From Chrysemys picta bellii (Eukaryota): a stretch of 64,000 nt of DNA. Shown here piece after piece: positions 12,331 to 24,500 of the stretch (position 1 is the first letter of the stretch; each line of letters opens with the position of its first letter). Made by a program: the position numbers and the translations under genes. Location: positions 31,310,001 through 31,374,000 of the forward strand of contig NC_088794.1 in assembly GCF_011386835.1 (NCBI RefSeq). The letters run 5' to 3'. A model generated the notes under the pieces. That model was not told where the DNA came from and searched no databases. It saw only the letters and a program-made list of their open reading frames with translations.

Positions 12331-12476
12331 GTGCAGCAGGTAGGCGTCTACTCCAGACAGGCAGTGTTCTTTTCTTCCTGGGGCAGTGAATGCGTGAGCA
12401 TGCTTCAGTGACAATACGGAGAAAAAAGTGGTGGATTACATTTGCCCAAAGACGTGGCCTTCCTTCTGCTTCCCGC

Positions 12477-12558
12477 ATGGCGGTTTCTAATCAGTTCCCT
12501 GCTGCTGCGCTCCTTCTGTTGCTGCCCTTAACACAAGTTCACGCACAGAGCACCACAG
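12477..12558 (+). CDS. CDHR5: CDHR5 exon 1 (signal peptide)
   Basis: MAVSNQFPAAALLLLLPLTQVHAQSTT-G, donor CAG|GTAAGT, phase 1. Confidence 0.9.
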
Positions 12559-15500
12559 GTAAGTCCGCATTTGTTGAGTCCTACGAGCACAGAGGAAATT
12601 TTTCTTATGGAGCAGGTTATTCCATAACAGCCTATTGCAGAGGGTTTCACACCATCCTCTGAAGCAACTGGTGCTGGCCACTGCCAGCGACAGGATACTG
12701 ACCTAGTTGGACCATGAGTCTGATCCAGTCTGACGGTTCCAACATCCAAAGAGAACTGGCTGACAATTTTGTGCCAACACTGACACAAATGATTGTGTGC
12801 TTTTTCCAGAATGTTCTGTAGGAAATGAGAAACCAACAATAAATGAGAATAATCTGTGGGGGGCTGTTGTTACCACCATTACAATGGAGCCTGGTGTCAC
12901 AGTAACAATTAAGAACTCATCCGACTCCAGATGGTTTGCCATTACTGGCACAGAATTGATTCTAACCGATTCCTTGGATTATGAGGTAAGTTTTTATTTG
13001 GAAAAAAGAGACAATTAGTAGATGAGTTAATATTGTAAAACACTCTTCCTAGAGTACAGGTCACCTGAAAGAGACATGATCTAATACCTCTGACGGTCAC
13101 AGCACAGCTGGCTTTTAAAATGGCGTCACCTTTTCTATTTTACTGACGTTTGGTATCCTGAACAGGAACTTGTATGTGGAAATTCAACCTTTCCCCCCTA
13201 CCCCCCACTAACTCTCTCTTTTTCAAGTGAGTGCTGGCAGGGGCGGCTCTAGCTTTTTTGCTGCCCCAAGCACGGCTGTCAGGCTTGCCTGCCGGAGGTC
13301 CCTGGTCCCTGGTCCCGCGGATTTGGCGGCATGCCTGCGGGAGGCCCGCCGCCGAATTGCCTCCGAATCCGCGGACCTCCCACAGGCATGCCGCCGAAGG
13401 TTGCCTGACTGCTGCCCTTGCAGGGACCGGCAGGGCACCCCCGGCGGTTTGCCGCCCCAGGCACATGTTTGGAACGCTGGTGCCTGGAGCCACCGCTGAG
13501 TGCTGAGGGAAAGCCTACAGGTGCAGAGATAATAAGACAGAAAATATCATAATGCTGCTGTATAAACCCATGGTACACCAATACCTTGAATACTGCATTC
13601 AGTTCTATTCACCCACCCCATCTCAAAAAGATATATTAGAGTTGGGAAAAGTACAGAGAAGGGCAACAAACATGATTAGGGGATGGAACAGCTTCTGTAT
13701 GAGGAGAGACAAAATGGACTTGAACTGTTCAGTTTAGAAAAGAGATGACTAAGGGGGGATATGATAGAGGTCTATAAAATTGTGACTGGTGTGGAGAAAA
13801 AAAAGTGTTATTTACCCCTTCACTTAACACAAGAACCATGAGTCACCCAATGAAATTAACAGGCATCAGGTTTAAAACAAAGAAGTACTTCTTCATACAA
13901 TGCACAGACAGCTTGTGGAACTCCTTGCTAGAGGATTTTGTGAAGGCTAAATGTACAAATGGGTTCAAAAAAGAACTAGGTAAGTTCATGGAGGATAGAT
14001 CCATCAATGTCCATTAGCCAAGATGGTCAAGGACTCAACCTCATGCTCTGGGTGTCCCTAAACCTGTAACTGCCAGAAGCTGGGAACAGATAACTTCCCT
14101 TTCTGTTCATTCCCTCTGAAGCATATGGCACCAGCCATTGTCAGAAGACAGGCTACTCATCTAGATAGACCACTGGTCTGGCCAGTATGTCTGTTCTTAT
14201 GTTCCCCACCCCTGAAGTCTATTCCAGGAGGTCCATAAGGTGTGCTGGAGAACATGGTGCAGGTTTTAAAGCAGAGACTTGTAAATACACTTCAATAGAG
14301 TTTGGATACTCCCCATGGCTGGTTTAATATCATACACATACATACACAAAATGACAACAGTCTAGAGCTGCGAGATGATTCTGTTCACCTTAGTAGAGTT
14401 CTAATTTGGAAATTTAATGGCAATTTAAATGGCAGCATTGTTAACTATTTCACTGCCAATTATTTTAATAGCCAGCAAATGTGCCAATCCTAAACTGTCC
14501 CCAGCAACAAAAGCCTCCAGCTCCTTCCCACCCTCTCAATAGTTTCTGCAATGCAGTCCTGCTTTTCCCAATATACAAATCTGCAGCATATCGAACAATG
14601 AAAGATTTCCTGTAAAAACATACCCTGTGGGGGACATTGTACTCACTGTTCAATATTAACCTCGGTTTAATTTACCTGGATCTGCTGCAGAATTTCCAGC
14701 TAGACTCACTGTAATGCGGGAGCAACGAAGGGGCACTATAGCAGGGTGGATGTTAATTCTGCAGTCAGGTAGACAGAGTGTTGGCTATGGGAACAGATGT
14801 AGCCATGAAGAAAGGGGCTGGGCTCATTGGTATCTGTATAAACAGAAACCTCGCTGAGCAACAGTCTCAAAGAACTCTCTCACTGCCCCACTTTTGGCCT
14901 GGTCTACACTAGATGGGGGATCAATCTAAGTTACACAACTTCAGTTATGTGAATATGTACTTAGATCTACTTACCGCGGTGTCTTCACTGCGGTAAGTCG
15001 ACGGCTGACGCTCTCCCATCGACTCTGCCTGAGCCTCTCACTCTAGTGGAGTACCAGAGTCGACAGGAGAGCGCTCGGCAGTCGATTTATTGTGTCTAGA
15101 CTAGACGCGATAAATTGACCCCCGCTGGATCGATCGCTGCCCACCGATCCGGCAGGTAGTGTAGACAAGCCCTAGCGTCATGCATGAGGAGAGTCTCCAA
15201 TCCTATCTGCATCTGTGTAAATCTAGAGTAACTCCACTGAAGTCAATGGTATGATTTCACATTGACACCAGTGTAACGGAGATCAGAAGCTAATTGAAGG
15301 GCTGTAAAAGGAAGAAAGAAAAATATCTTAAAAAAAAAAAAGTATAAACACAGCTGAAGCAAAGCACTAGCTTTATTAGCTTCACTAGCTTTATTTTAAG
15401 CATAAACTTAAATTCCATTGAGTTCAAATGAGACTTGTCCCTAAATCCCAACTGGATTTAAGCTCCTACTTAAAATGCACAAAAGCAGGTGCTCAATTAC

Positions 15501-18500
15501 TTTGTTGCCTCAGGACTGGAGTGAGCCACACCTGAGAAGAATGTTAGTGCCACAATGGATGTTTTTTAAAATGACAGATTTTTTGTTTCTGTTTTTAAAA
15601 CACAGACAGAAAATGCATTACTAGTAACCCTGCTTTGCTGGAAAGGGGGTATAGAGGTGAGTATAATTTCTAATATGCTGCCATATTATTGCTAGATGGA
15701 AACTAGAAACAGAACACCACACTCGGGTTGGATGTTAACTATTCCCAACACATACCCTCTGTGAGAAACTGCTCATTCTCATGGTTGTCTTCTCCTGGAA
15801 AGAGTAAAAAACCCCCACTGCCCATGAGATTTCAGTGCCATCATATCCAAATTCAAACCCAAGCCTTCATTCAGCCTACAGCCCAAATGCACATGTAGTC
15901 CAGATCCAATTCTGATCCTCACACTGTCTCATGCCTACCACTCAGTGCCCCTCCTAACAGTCTTACTTTTTTGTTATTTTTCTCCCCTCTTCCTACCTCC
16001 CCACCAGGTCAATTCTGTGATTGTTTTAGTACAAGTTGGCAATTTGAATGATAACAGCCCGGTATTCAAGGAAACAAATATCACTGTAAAGGTTCCAGAG
16101 GTAAGAGTTTTATTAAAGTGTTGTCATAATAAAGGGAAGATTACAGATCAGATAATTTCAATTCATGTGGGACTCTAATCTTGGCAAGAGGAAAGTGATT
16201 TATCAGCATGTATGCAACCTGTTCTCATCCACGAAAATTAGAGGACGTGCATGAGGTGAAGACAATATTTCCTTGACATTTCAGGTTAGAAATATTGCCC
16301 GTGCAGTCAAAGTCATTTTAAACCTGACTGTCAGAAGTGCTGAACCATTGCTGCTTCTGTTGACTTCAGCTGTTTAGTTGTAGGTGCTCAGTACTTCTGA
16401 TATCAATCCTTAACCTATTTAGCCAAAATCAAAGCACACAGAAGAAAGCAAACTGCAGCCAACAGTGGTACCCCTTACATGTGCAGCTCTGCAGGGGCTT
16501 TGTCTATGAAACCCACTTCTTAGTACATGTTACAGGTCCCCCTCTGTGCTGACTGTCACATTTTCTAAGGTACCTGTACCTCTGACCTCTTACTGGCCAC
16601 CTTGAGGGATCCCACCCAAGTTTCAGGCCTCTAGTGGTCGACTTTCTTGGGGCATGATCTCACTATCCTCTTAGGCTGCAGATGTCTGCAATTCACTGTG
16701 ATGATTGCAGATTTCTGCAATTCACCTCAGCAGAACTGACTTTAGTTCAGCACCTGCAGTCCTGCTCTCTCAGGGGCAAGGACAAGGTTCACCAGCGACC
16801 AGTCAGTCTTCATAAAGCAAAGTACTATTTAGTCAGAACAAAAGCACTGCACAGAGAAGACGTATCCTAAAAAAAAAACAGGCAGTTTATATGCAGGCTT
16901 AGCTCACCAGGTGTCACACATCTTCCATGTAGAGACCCTGGCAGGTTTCAAACACTTCAGGTCCTCTCACCAGGCCTGCCCCTCTTGGTCACACCGATCA
17001 GAGGAGAGGAAACTGTTGCAGCCACAGCTTGGAAATCTTGGTTCTTTAGCTCAAGCTATAGCAGCTCCTGCTTTTAGCTCTGGTTAAGTCCCTAGTGTGT
17101 CAGCCAAGATGGCAGCTGTCACATCTACACCAGGGAATTTTAGAATACACACTTCTGGCGCCATCTCAGTTCAGCAACACCAGTACCGGTAAAGACCCTA
17201 GTGTAGACAATGCTCTGGGAGCATCCAGCATTTTTACCACCATGTCAATTAAACTTGGTCAGAGGTGGCAGTGGGAGGATTCTCTCTAATTCCAGAGCAC
17301 TGACCCATACAGCACAAGGAGACTAGGAAGGATTTACCAGTGAGGACACTATATCCAGCAGGTTTGCAGGTGACCATTTGCCAAAATGGAAAAAATAATC
17401 ATGCATATTTGTTTTCAGGATACAAAAGTGAATACGATCATTATACCCGAGGACACTGTAACTGCTAGCGATGCTGACCTGGACAACGTGCAATATGAAC
17501 TTACAGCGATCACCCCGGTGAGTATGTTCATCGCAAAAACATAAAACTCTTTGTTAGTGATTTACCCTGGCACCAACTTTGAGACAGGAGGCAAGTGGGA
17601 CTTTCAACAAGAGTTGGTTATTTCAACTGCTGGAGTACATGTGGGATTTCCAGAAAGCTAAGGCAAGGACAGAGCAAGGAGGGCGCTAGTGGAACAGAGA
17701 AATCCATGTTTTAGATACTGAATTCTTCAAAAATTCACACTTTAAAAAAAATACATTACCAAAGCACCTATTCAACTTCAACATTACAGTAGCCCCTAGA
17801 AACCTACACCAGGTTGGGGAACAATTGTACTAGGCTGTACTACAAACATAGTAAGGAGAGAGACCCTGCCCTGAAGAGCTTAGAATCTCAATAGGGCAGC
17901 AGACAGAGTGGGAAAGGAAGTACGATTATCCCAGTTTTACAGACAGGGAACTGAGCCACAGCAAGATTAAGGATTTGCCCCAGGTCACACAGGAAGTCTG
18001 GGGCAAAGCCAGAAACTGAATCCAGATCCCCGGAGCCCCAGTCTGGGGCCTTAGCCACAAGAGCAGCCTTCATCTTTAAGGATTTTGTTGAAAGACCAAT
18101 GGATAATTTATATTCCGTTAAACTGATGCCAATCTGGAGTATAAAGGGTGGTGTTTTGTCATTTTGTTTGATTTGATTTAAGTTTTAATTAACAAAGGAA
18201 TTGACAAAAAGCTTTTTTTCCAAACAAAAAAAATAAGAAAATCCCGTCAAGGGCAGACAGGGGTCAAAGTTCTGCGTCAGTTGCACTTGTGCGACCTCCC
18301 GGATTTGAATGGAGTTGAACAGGTGTAAAAGGAGTTCACAATTTTACCCATCAGGCCAGAGTCTGGCTCAGAATGGCATAAATCAGGAGGAATGCTAGGA
18401 AAGGCGCCGGCGTAAGTGAGGGCAAAGCCAAGCCCACTATTTCCGACTACAGCAGAAGGCCATGTGCCAAGTTTTGCTCTGTTACACGGACTTAAATCTG

Positions 18501-21500
18501 AATTCAGCCCTATGATCATTGAGAGAAGAATGTTCAAAATTCAACTAACGATCCATACTGAGATGCCAGAGATGATTCCATTTTACTAGCAAGAGACCAA
18601 ACAGTTCAAATCATCAACAGTTGAACTATGCATGTATCTCTCCTATAAATACCCGGCCTTGGATGTTATGTATGTTAAGCAGCTAACAGTATTTCAGAGT
18701 ATGTGTCTGTGATTGAGACAGCTATCATTCTCTCCCCCCCCCCTTGTTTTTCAGGAAGCAATTGACTACTTTAACATACACGGAATTAATAACCCAAGCA
18801 TTTACTTGCGCAAAACCCTGGACTATGATAAATATACATTTATGCAGTTAATCTTGTACGCAAGGGTGAGTTTTATAAGTGAGCAAAACATCTCATTATT
18901 CGCAATTGCTACATCCTGGTGTGTATTCTATCCACCAATATAGGTGTAATTGTCATACTAACAATAGTTGCAGGTCTAGATTCTCAGCTAGTATAAGCTA
19001 GCATAGCTCCATTGAAAAATCGATGAAGATACACTGGTTTACATCAGCTAAGGATCTGGCCCATTAGATTTTGCAGGGGCTCCAGGGAAGGGGGTTCTAA
19101 GGTTGGAAATATGCCTTGCATCTAACAGGAATGTTCTGATTTTCTGTATAGGACAGGACACCTGGCAACCCAGATGGTAATACAGCCACTGCAACAATAA
19201 ACATAGACATCCAACAAGCCGACACCAAACCGCCCTGGTTCCAACCATGTACTTTCATTAACGCGGACAAGAAAGTTTGCATCAGCAGTGGCTACATTGG
19301 AAGGGTCAACATCTCAGAGAAAACGGTAGGCAGCGAACACAGGACTGTATGCTTTCAGTCTGTATCCCAGGACAGGTCTTTAGCACCACAGATATGGTCC
19401 AGGCCCGATCAGAGCAGAGGCCTAAGGCCCTGATTCCCGGATTCACGTGATGTTGAAACCTCAGCTTTATATTATGTTTCTAGCTCCCATCGTGGTGCAG
19501 AAAAGCTTGAAAACATCAGCCAGGCATAAGTCAAGGCAGTGACTTCTCCCTGAGTCTGCAGCACAGTCGTCGGGGAGGAAGCCAACTGGTCCTGCAGCCA
19601 CCATCAGGGAGCAGACCAGGCCCACTCCTTGGGGAAGGGGCTTGCCATATTTGGCAGGCATCCTGCCACCATGCCTTTCACCATCCCTCTAGTTCACCCT
19701 TCTACTGGGGTGTAGGCCATTGGAACAGCCCCAATGTCAGGGTGTGCCTAGGGCTTCAATCCAGCCCTCGATACAGGGCCCTTTCTCTGAAAAAGTTGTT
19801 TGTCTGCTTAGGAGAGATGCCTCCTGCTGCACCCATGTGATGCAGCCTGTATCTACGCCATCACCATACTACACCAGACGTGCTTGTTGCTTGAGATTAC
19901 AGCATGGTATTACCATCATAAGAGAGATGAGAGCATTGGCATAGAGTCAGTGTGGATGTGCTTAGCAAAAACAGTTGCTCAAAAAGCCCTTTGGGAAATG
20001 AAGGCTTTGTAATGCGAGCTCCAGCAGTTCCCTCTCAATAGCGAGGGACGATAATAACGATGCTAGAACGTCAACTCTGAACCCCTGTCTAGCATTGACC
20101 AGCTCAATTCCTGAGGGGTTTGGAAAATCTGTTCTGAATCAGATACCTGTACACCTTGGTCTCTCTCTTGCCCGAGGACGGGCTGCAGGACTGGACCCTT
20201 TGTGGGGTTTGCTCAGCTGTTCCATGAGACAGCTCTCTTCATGTCTTCACACCCCACAAGGAAGACGGTTACAGTCAAACATGGTTTGTTTTCCTCAGTG
20301 ACCATTTGAGACTATGTTCAGCAGAATAATGCATGTTGGGGAGGCTGGGAAATCTGTCTGGGGATTGGTCCTGCTTCGAGCAGCAGGTTGGACTAGATGA
20401 CCTCCTGAGGTCCCTTCCAACCCTGATATTCTATGACAATAAGTCACCCTCTCCCCTAAGAACCATGCCCAGTACCGGCTGTATCACTTAGTCATGAGCA
20501 GACTTTTGACTCCAGTCATAAAGAAGTCAGTGCAGTGGCAAGTCTGGGTCAACCACTGAGACTGAAAATTCCCCAACAACAGAGAGTCCAGTGCTTTTGA
20601 TGCATACCTAGAGCAAGGAAGGAGCTACACAACCCCAAGTCCTATTCTCTATCATCTCTGTTCTGCAATAGTCAACCCCTGGCAATATGCACTGTGTTTT
20701 CCAGTAACAGAGTGCACGTGAGCCAAGTATCACTTGGATTGGAAAGTTCTGCAGGCATCTAGTGTTTTAGTTTTAAGGGTCTTGGCTTGTTGTTGCAGAC
20801 TGAACCGCTGATGCTAAAACCTGGGCCCCTCTTTGCCATCGACCCTGACTACACTTTGAATGAAAAAATAGTGTATAGCATTGTTGGCGGTAAGTAAAGT
20901 TCCTATCTTCCCAAAAATTAATTTCCATCGGTAATATTGCCAAGTTTCCCCCACCAGTGGGGGGAACCTCAGAATTAATATATAGTCACAGCAATATAGC
21001 TCTAGATCAGAAAAATAATTATTGCAATTAATTGCCTGTGTTCCTGTAATGTCTAGAGGCCCCAACAGGATAGAATCAGGGCCTCCATTATGCGAGGTGC
21101 TGTACAGACATAGTGGGAACCTCATAGGTTTCTTGTCTCTTTAGACTGTAGAGACGGGGAGAAAGGGAGCAGCACATCTGTACAACCAGAGCTCAGTGCA
21201 GAGTGTTTGTTGGGGGGCCTCTTTTCTCTTAGTTGAAAGAGATCTTTATCCTAATGGCTGGGGCTGACTTTTTCCATTCCAGTCACACCGATTCCAGCTA
21301 GTCTTCAACCTGCCTGAACCAAAAATTCCAGAAACCCTCTTCATTTTCATTTTTAGTCGAGAATTTTGTATTTGCACCACTGTACATTGCAAAAAGCTCT
21401 GACTGGGATTCTGTGTGTTAATCTTGATTTTAAAAGATAAGGCTTGGCTATAATCAGCTGATTTCTCGATGATCGAATAGCACATTATTTCAGTCAGTTT

Positions 21501-24500
21501 TTTTGGTTTGTTTTTAAAACAAAAACAAAAACAAGAGGTCAGTTGATTGACCAATACAATTCATCCATATCAGACAGATTGTTAGTTCTCTGATCTTCTT
21601 TATTTGTTCTGTAAGGCGTGGCCTATCTGCATACCCATGTGGCAATACAGAACGGAGTAGGGAATATGATGCTGACAGTGTTGTAAAAAATCGCTTCATT
21701 CCTTCCCAAGGCTTGTGTTGTCACTAAGGCACTGGACTGGGACCCAGGAGATCCAGATTCAACTCCTGGCTCAGCCCCTCAAACTTCCTGGGTGACCCTA
21801 GCCATGTCACTTAGTCTCTCTGTTCTTCAGTTTCCCCCCCCATCGGTAAAATGAGGAGAGCACCTCCTTTGTCCTGTTAGATTGTAAGCTCTCTGAGGTA
21901 GGGACTGGCTCTTTCTATGTATGTACTAGCACAGACGGGCTCATACATCAGTTGGGGCCACTAAGTGCTACTGCGATAGAAATAAATAAGAAGCGTTGCT
22001 CTCCTACCTCCTTCATCAGGCTTGCATGTGTCTTCCTGTTGTTCTCATCAGGCCGAATCCACACTGAGGTAGCATTGTGTCCATGTTATGTGTGTCCAGT
22101 CCTAAAGCCTGGCAAGGGCAATAAGGAGATGATGTCATGGGTTGCCGTAGCCAAGGTGCAAAACACAAGAGCCACAGCGAAATCTCTGAAAGCTCTAGAT
22201 ACGTTTACTAAAGCATCTCTTATGGTCAATACTAGTCCTAATTAACCTTCCCATTTTCTTTAGGAAACAAGGACGATGTATTCTTATTGAACAGTGATAC
22301 AGGGAATATAACTATGAACAAAGCAGCAAATACTACAGATGTGTTCATTTTGCACGTCATGGTAAGTCTGTTGACATTCCAGAACCCCAGGTCTCAGCTC
22401 CAGAGTTCTTTGGCTTCTGATTAAGAGTAATTAAGCACACGCTTTCTTCTTGAAACATCCAGTGTGCAGTGGATGTCTGGAAATGGGTGTTATCCTGCCT
22501 CATTCCTACAAGCAGAATTCCTGCTGGGATTTTCAGTGGGAATTTTGACCTGTGTAAAGATGACTGGATTGTGCCCTCAAATCAGGACGTAGGAAGCAAT
22601 CGTAACCAAAGAGCCATCCATTTGGGTTAAAATCATCGTAACTTAACAGAAAGGACTAGTGCTGGAGGACTTGGGCATGATCTGTGTGCACAAAAGCAGT
22701 TACTTAATCAGCCCATATGAACAAGCTCATTTTCCAACTAGAATATAATCGAAGGAAAGTTATGAGTTTTAAACCATTTTTGGGAGAAAATATGTGCAAA
22801 ACTCTAGATTATCAGGCTGTAAACACAGCTGCTAGTGGAACCTCTTGGTGTTATGCAGCATAACGGTGTTTGCTGGTTCAGATCATCCTACCCTAGTAAT
22901 ATTTTGCACTTCTCTAGCCCTTGGCATTGAAGAATTGAAGGCACTTTACGTATATAAATTAGGCCTCAAGCACCTCCCGTGTGATAGGTGGGAAAATTTT
23001 AGGCACAGGAAGGTTAAGAGACTTGTTCAAGGTCACAGAGAAAGCCAGTGGCAGAGACTGGACTAGAACACAGCAGTCCTAACCATCAGTCCCCTGCTCT
23101 AAATGTTAACTTAGTCCTATCCGAGCCTCCCTTCATGGGCCTGATCCAAAGCTCATTTGATCAATAGAAAGAATCCCTTTGACATGAATGGGCTTTGGTT
23201 CTGGCCCCACGTCCTCTTGTGTCTCACCAACAACAGGAATAGTTGTGTGTCTGTATTGTCTCCTTTCTCTATAGGCCACCCAAGCCAACAATTCACTGAG
23301 ATACTCCTTCACCACAGTAGAGATCAAGGTCATCACTAAAAGTAGCCACGCACCATACTTTGAAAACTCCAGGTACACAGGGACGGTGTCTGCCGGGCTG
23401 GCCACTCTCAGTCTGGTCATGGACTCTAAAGCACCTTCAATACCCCTGAAGATCTTTGCAGCTGATGACGACTTCCCTAATGTAAGGAACTGGAAGGGTC
23501 TGGTCTGTTGCTCTACATACTTGTGTGGATCTGGATTGGGGGTGGGGAATGGGAGGGAAGGGTTTGCCACTGACTTGAGAGGCAACCGGATCAAGCCTAT
23601 TGGAAGCTGCTGATGGCATCCACTGTGACAGGGAAGCCCAGAAATCCTGAGTCTGGATCTCATAGCCTTTCAGTCTCACTGCAAGGCCCATCATTTGCTC
23701 AGACACAGAAGGAGGGCTCAGCTTGAGGGGGACATTACTGATAGAAGCAAGGGAGGATAGGTATTTATCTGTCTGCAACAGAGTGATTGATACTGGGTAA
23801 AGAGAGGAGACTGACCGTTTTAATTGGTGTAAGGGCAGCCAGGAACACAGGATGGGTACTTGTTATGGTGCACCCTCACCTCAGGGGCATTCCCTGAGGC
23901 CTGGATGCAGCATTGCACAGGGTGGGCTTTGTCTCTCTTGAACCCTTTGTTGACCATTTCTTCAGGCCTGCCATGGCCTCAGCCTCTCTCTCTCTCCCCC
24001 CCCCCCCCCCGCCAAGTCTTCCATGGCCTGGCCCTCCAGCCAGGTCTCCTCTTAAGTTCAGCCCCCTTCCTCTGCAAGTCCAAATAAATACCCACTCGGG
24101 CTCCACTGACATTCTTGGCCCCTTCCCTCGGCCCCTCTACAGAGTTTCTCCTATGCTACTTCCTTCCAGCAGGTTCCTCCCCACAGGGATCTCCCTGCTC
24201 TTTGCAGGCCCCATCTTAGGCTCCCCCATAGGAACCTACCCTACTCCCTGTGGGCATTCCAGCTTGACTCCCCCAGACCCTTCCCAGAGAGGCAACTTCC
24301 CCTTGTTCCGGTCTCCTCTCAAGGCTGAATTCACAGCTCCATTTAAATGGGCCTCATTCTGAGGCCCTGCAGCTGGGGTCGGTCACTGTAATTAAGCTCC
24401 ATCTAGGGTGACCAGATGTCCCGATTTTATAGGGACAGTCCCGATATTTGGGGCTTTTTCTTATATAGGTGCCAATTACCCTTCACCCCCGTCCCAATTT

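Noticed and set aside
23133-23663. 176-aa minus-strand ORF
   Set aside because: Overlaps CDHR5 exon 10 in antisense; no recognisable protein and no independent gene structure.
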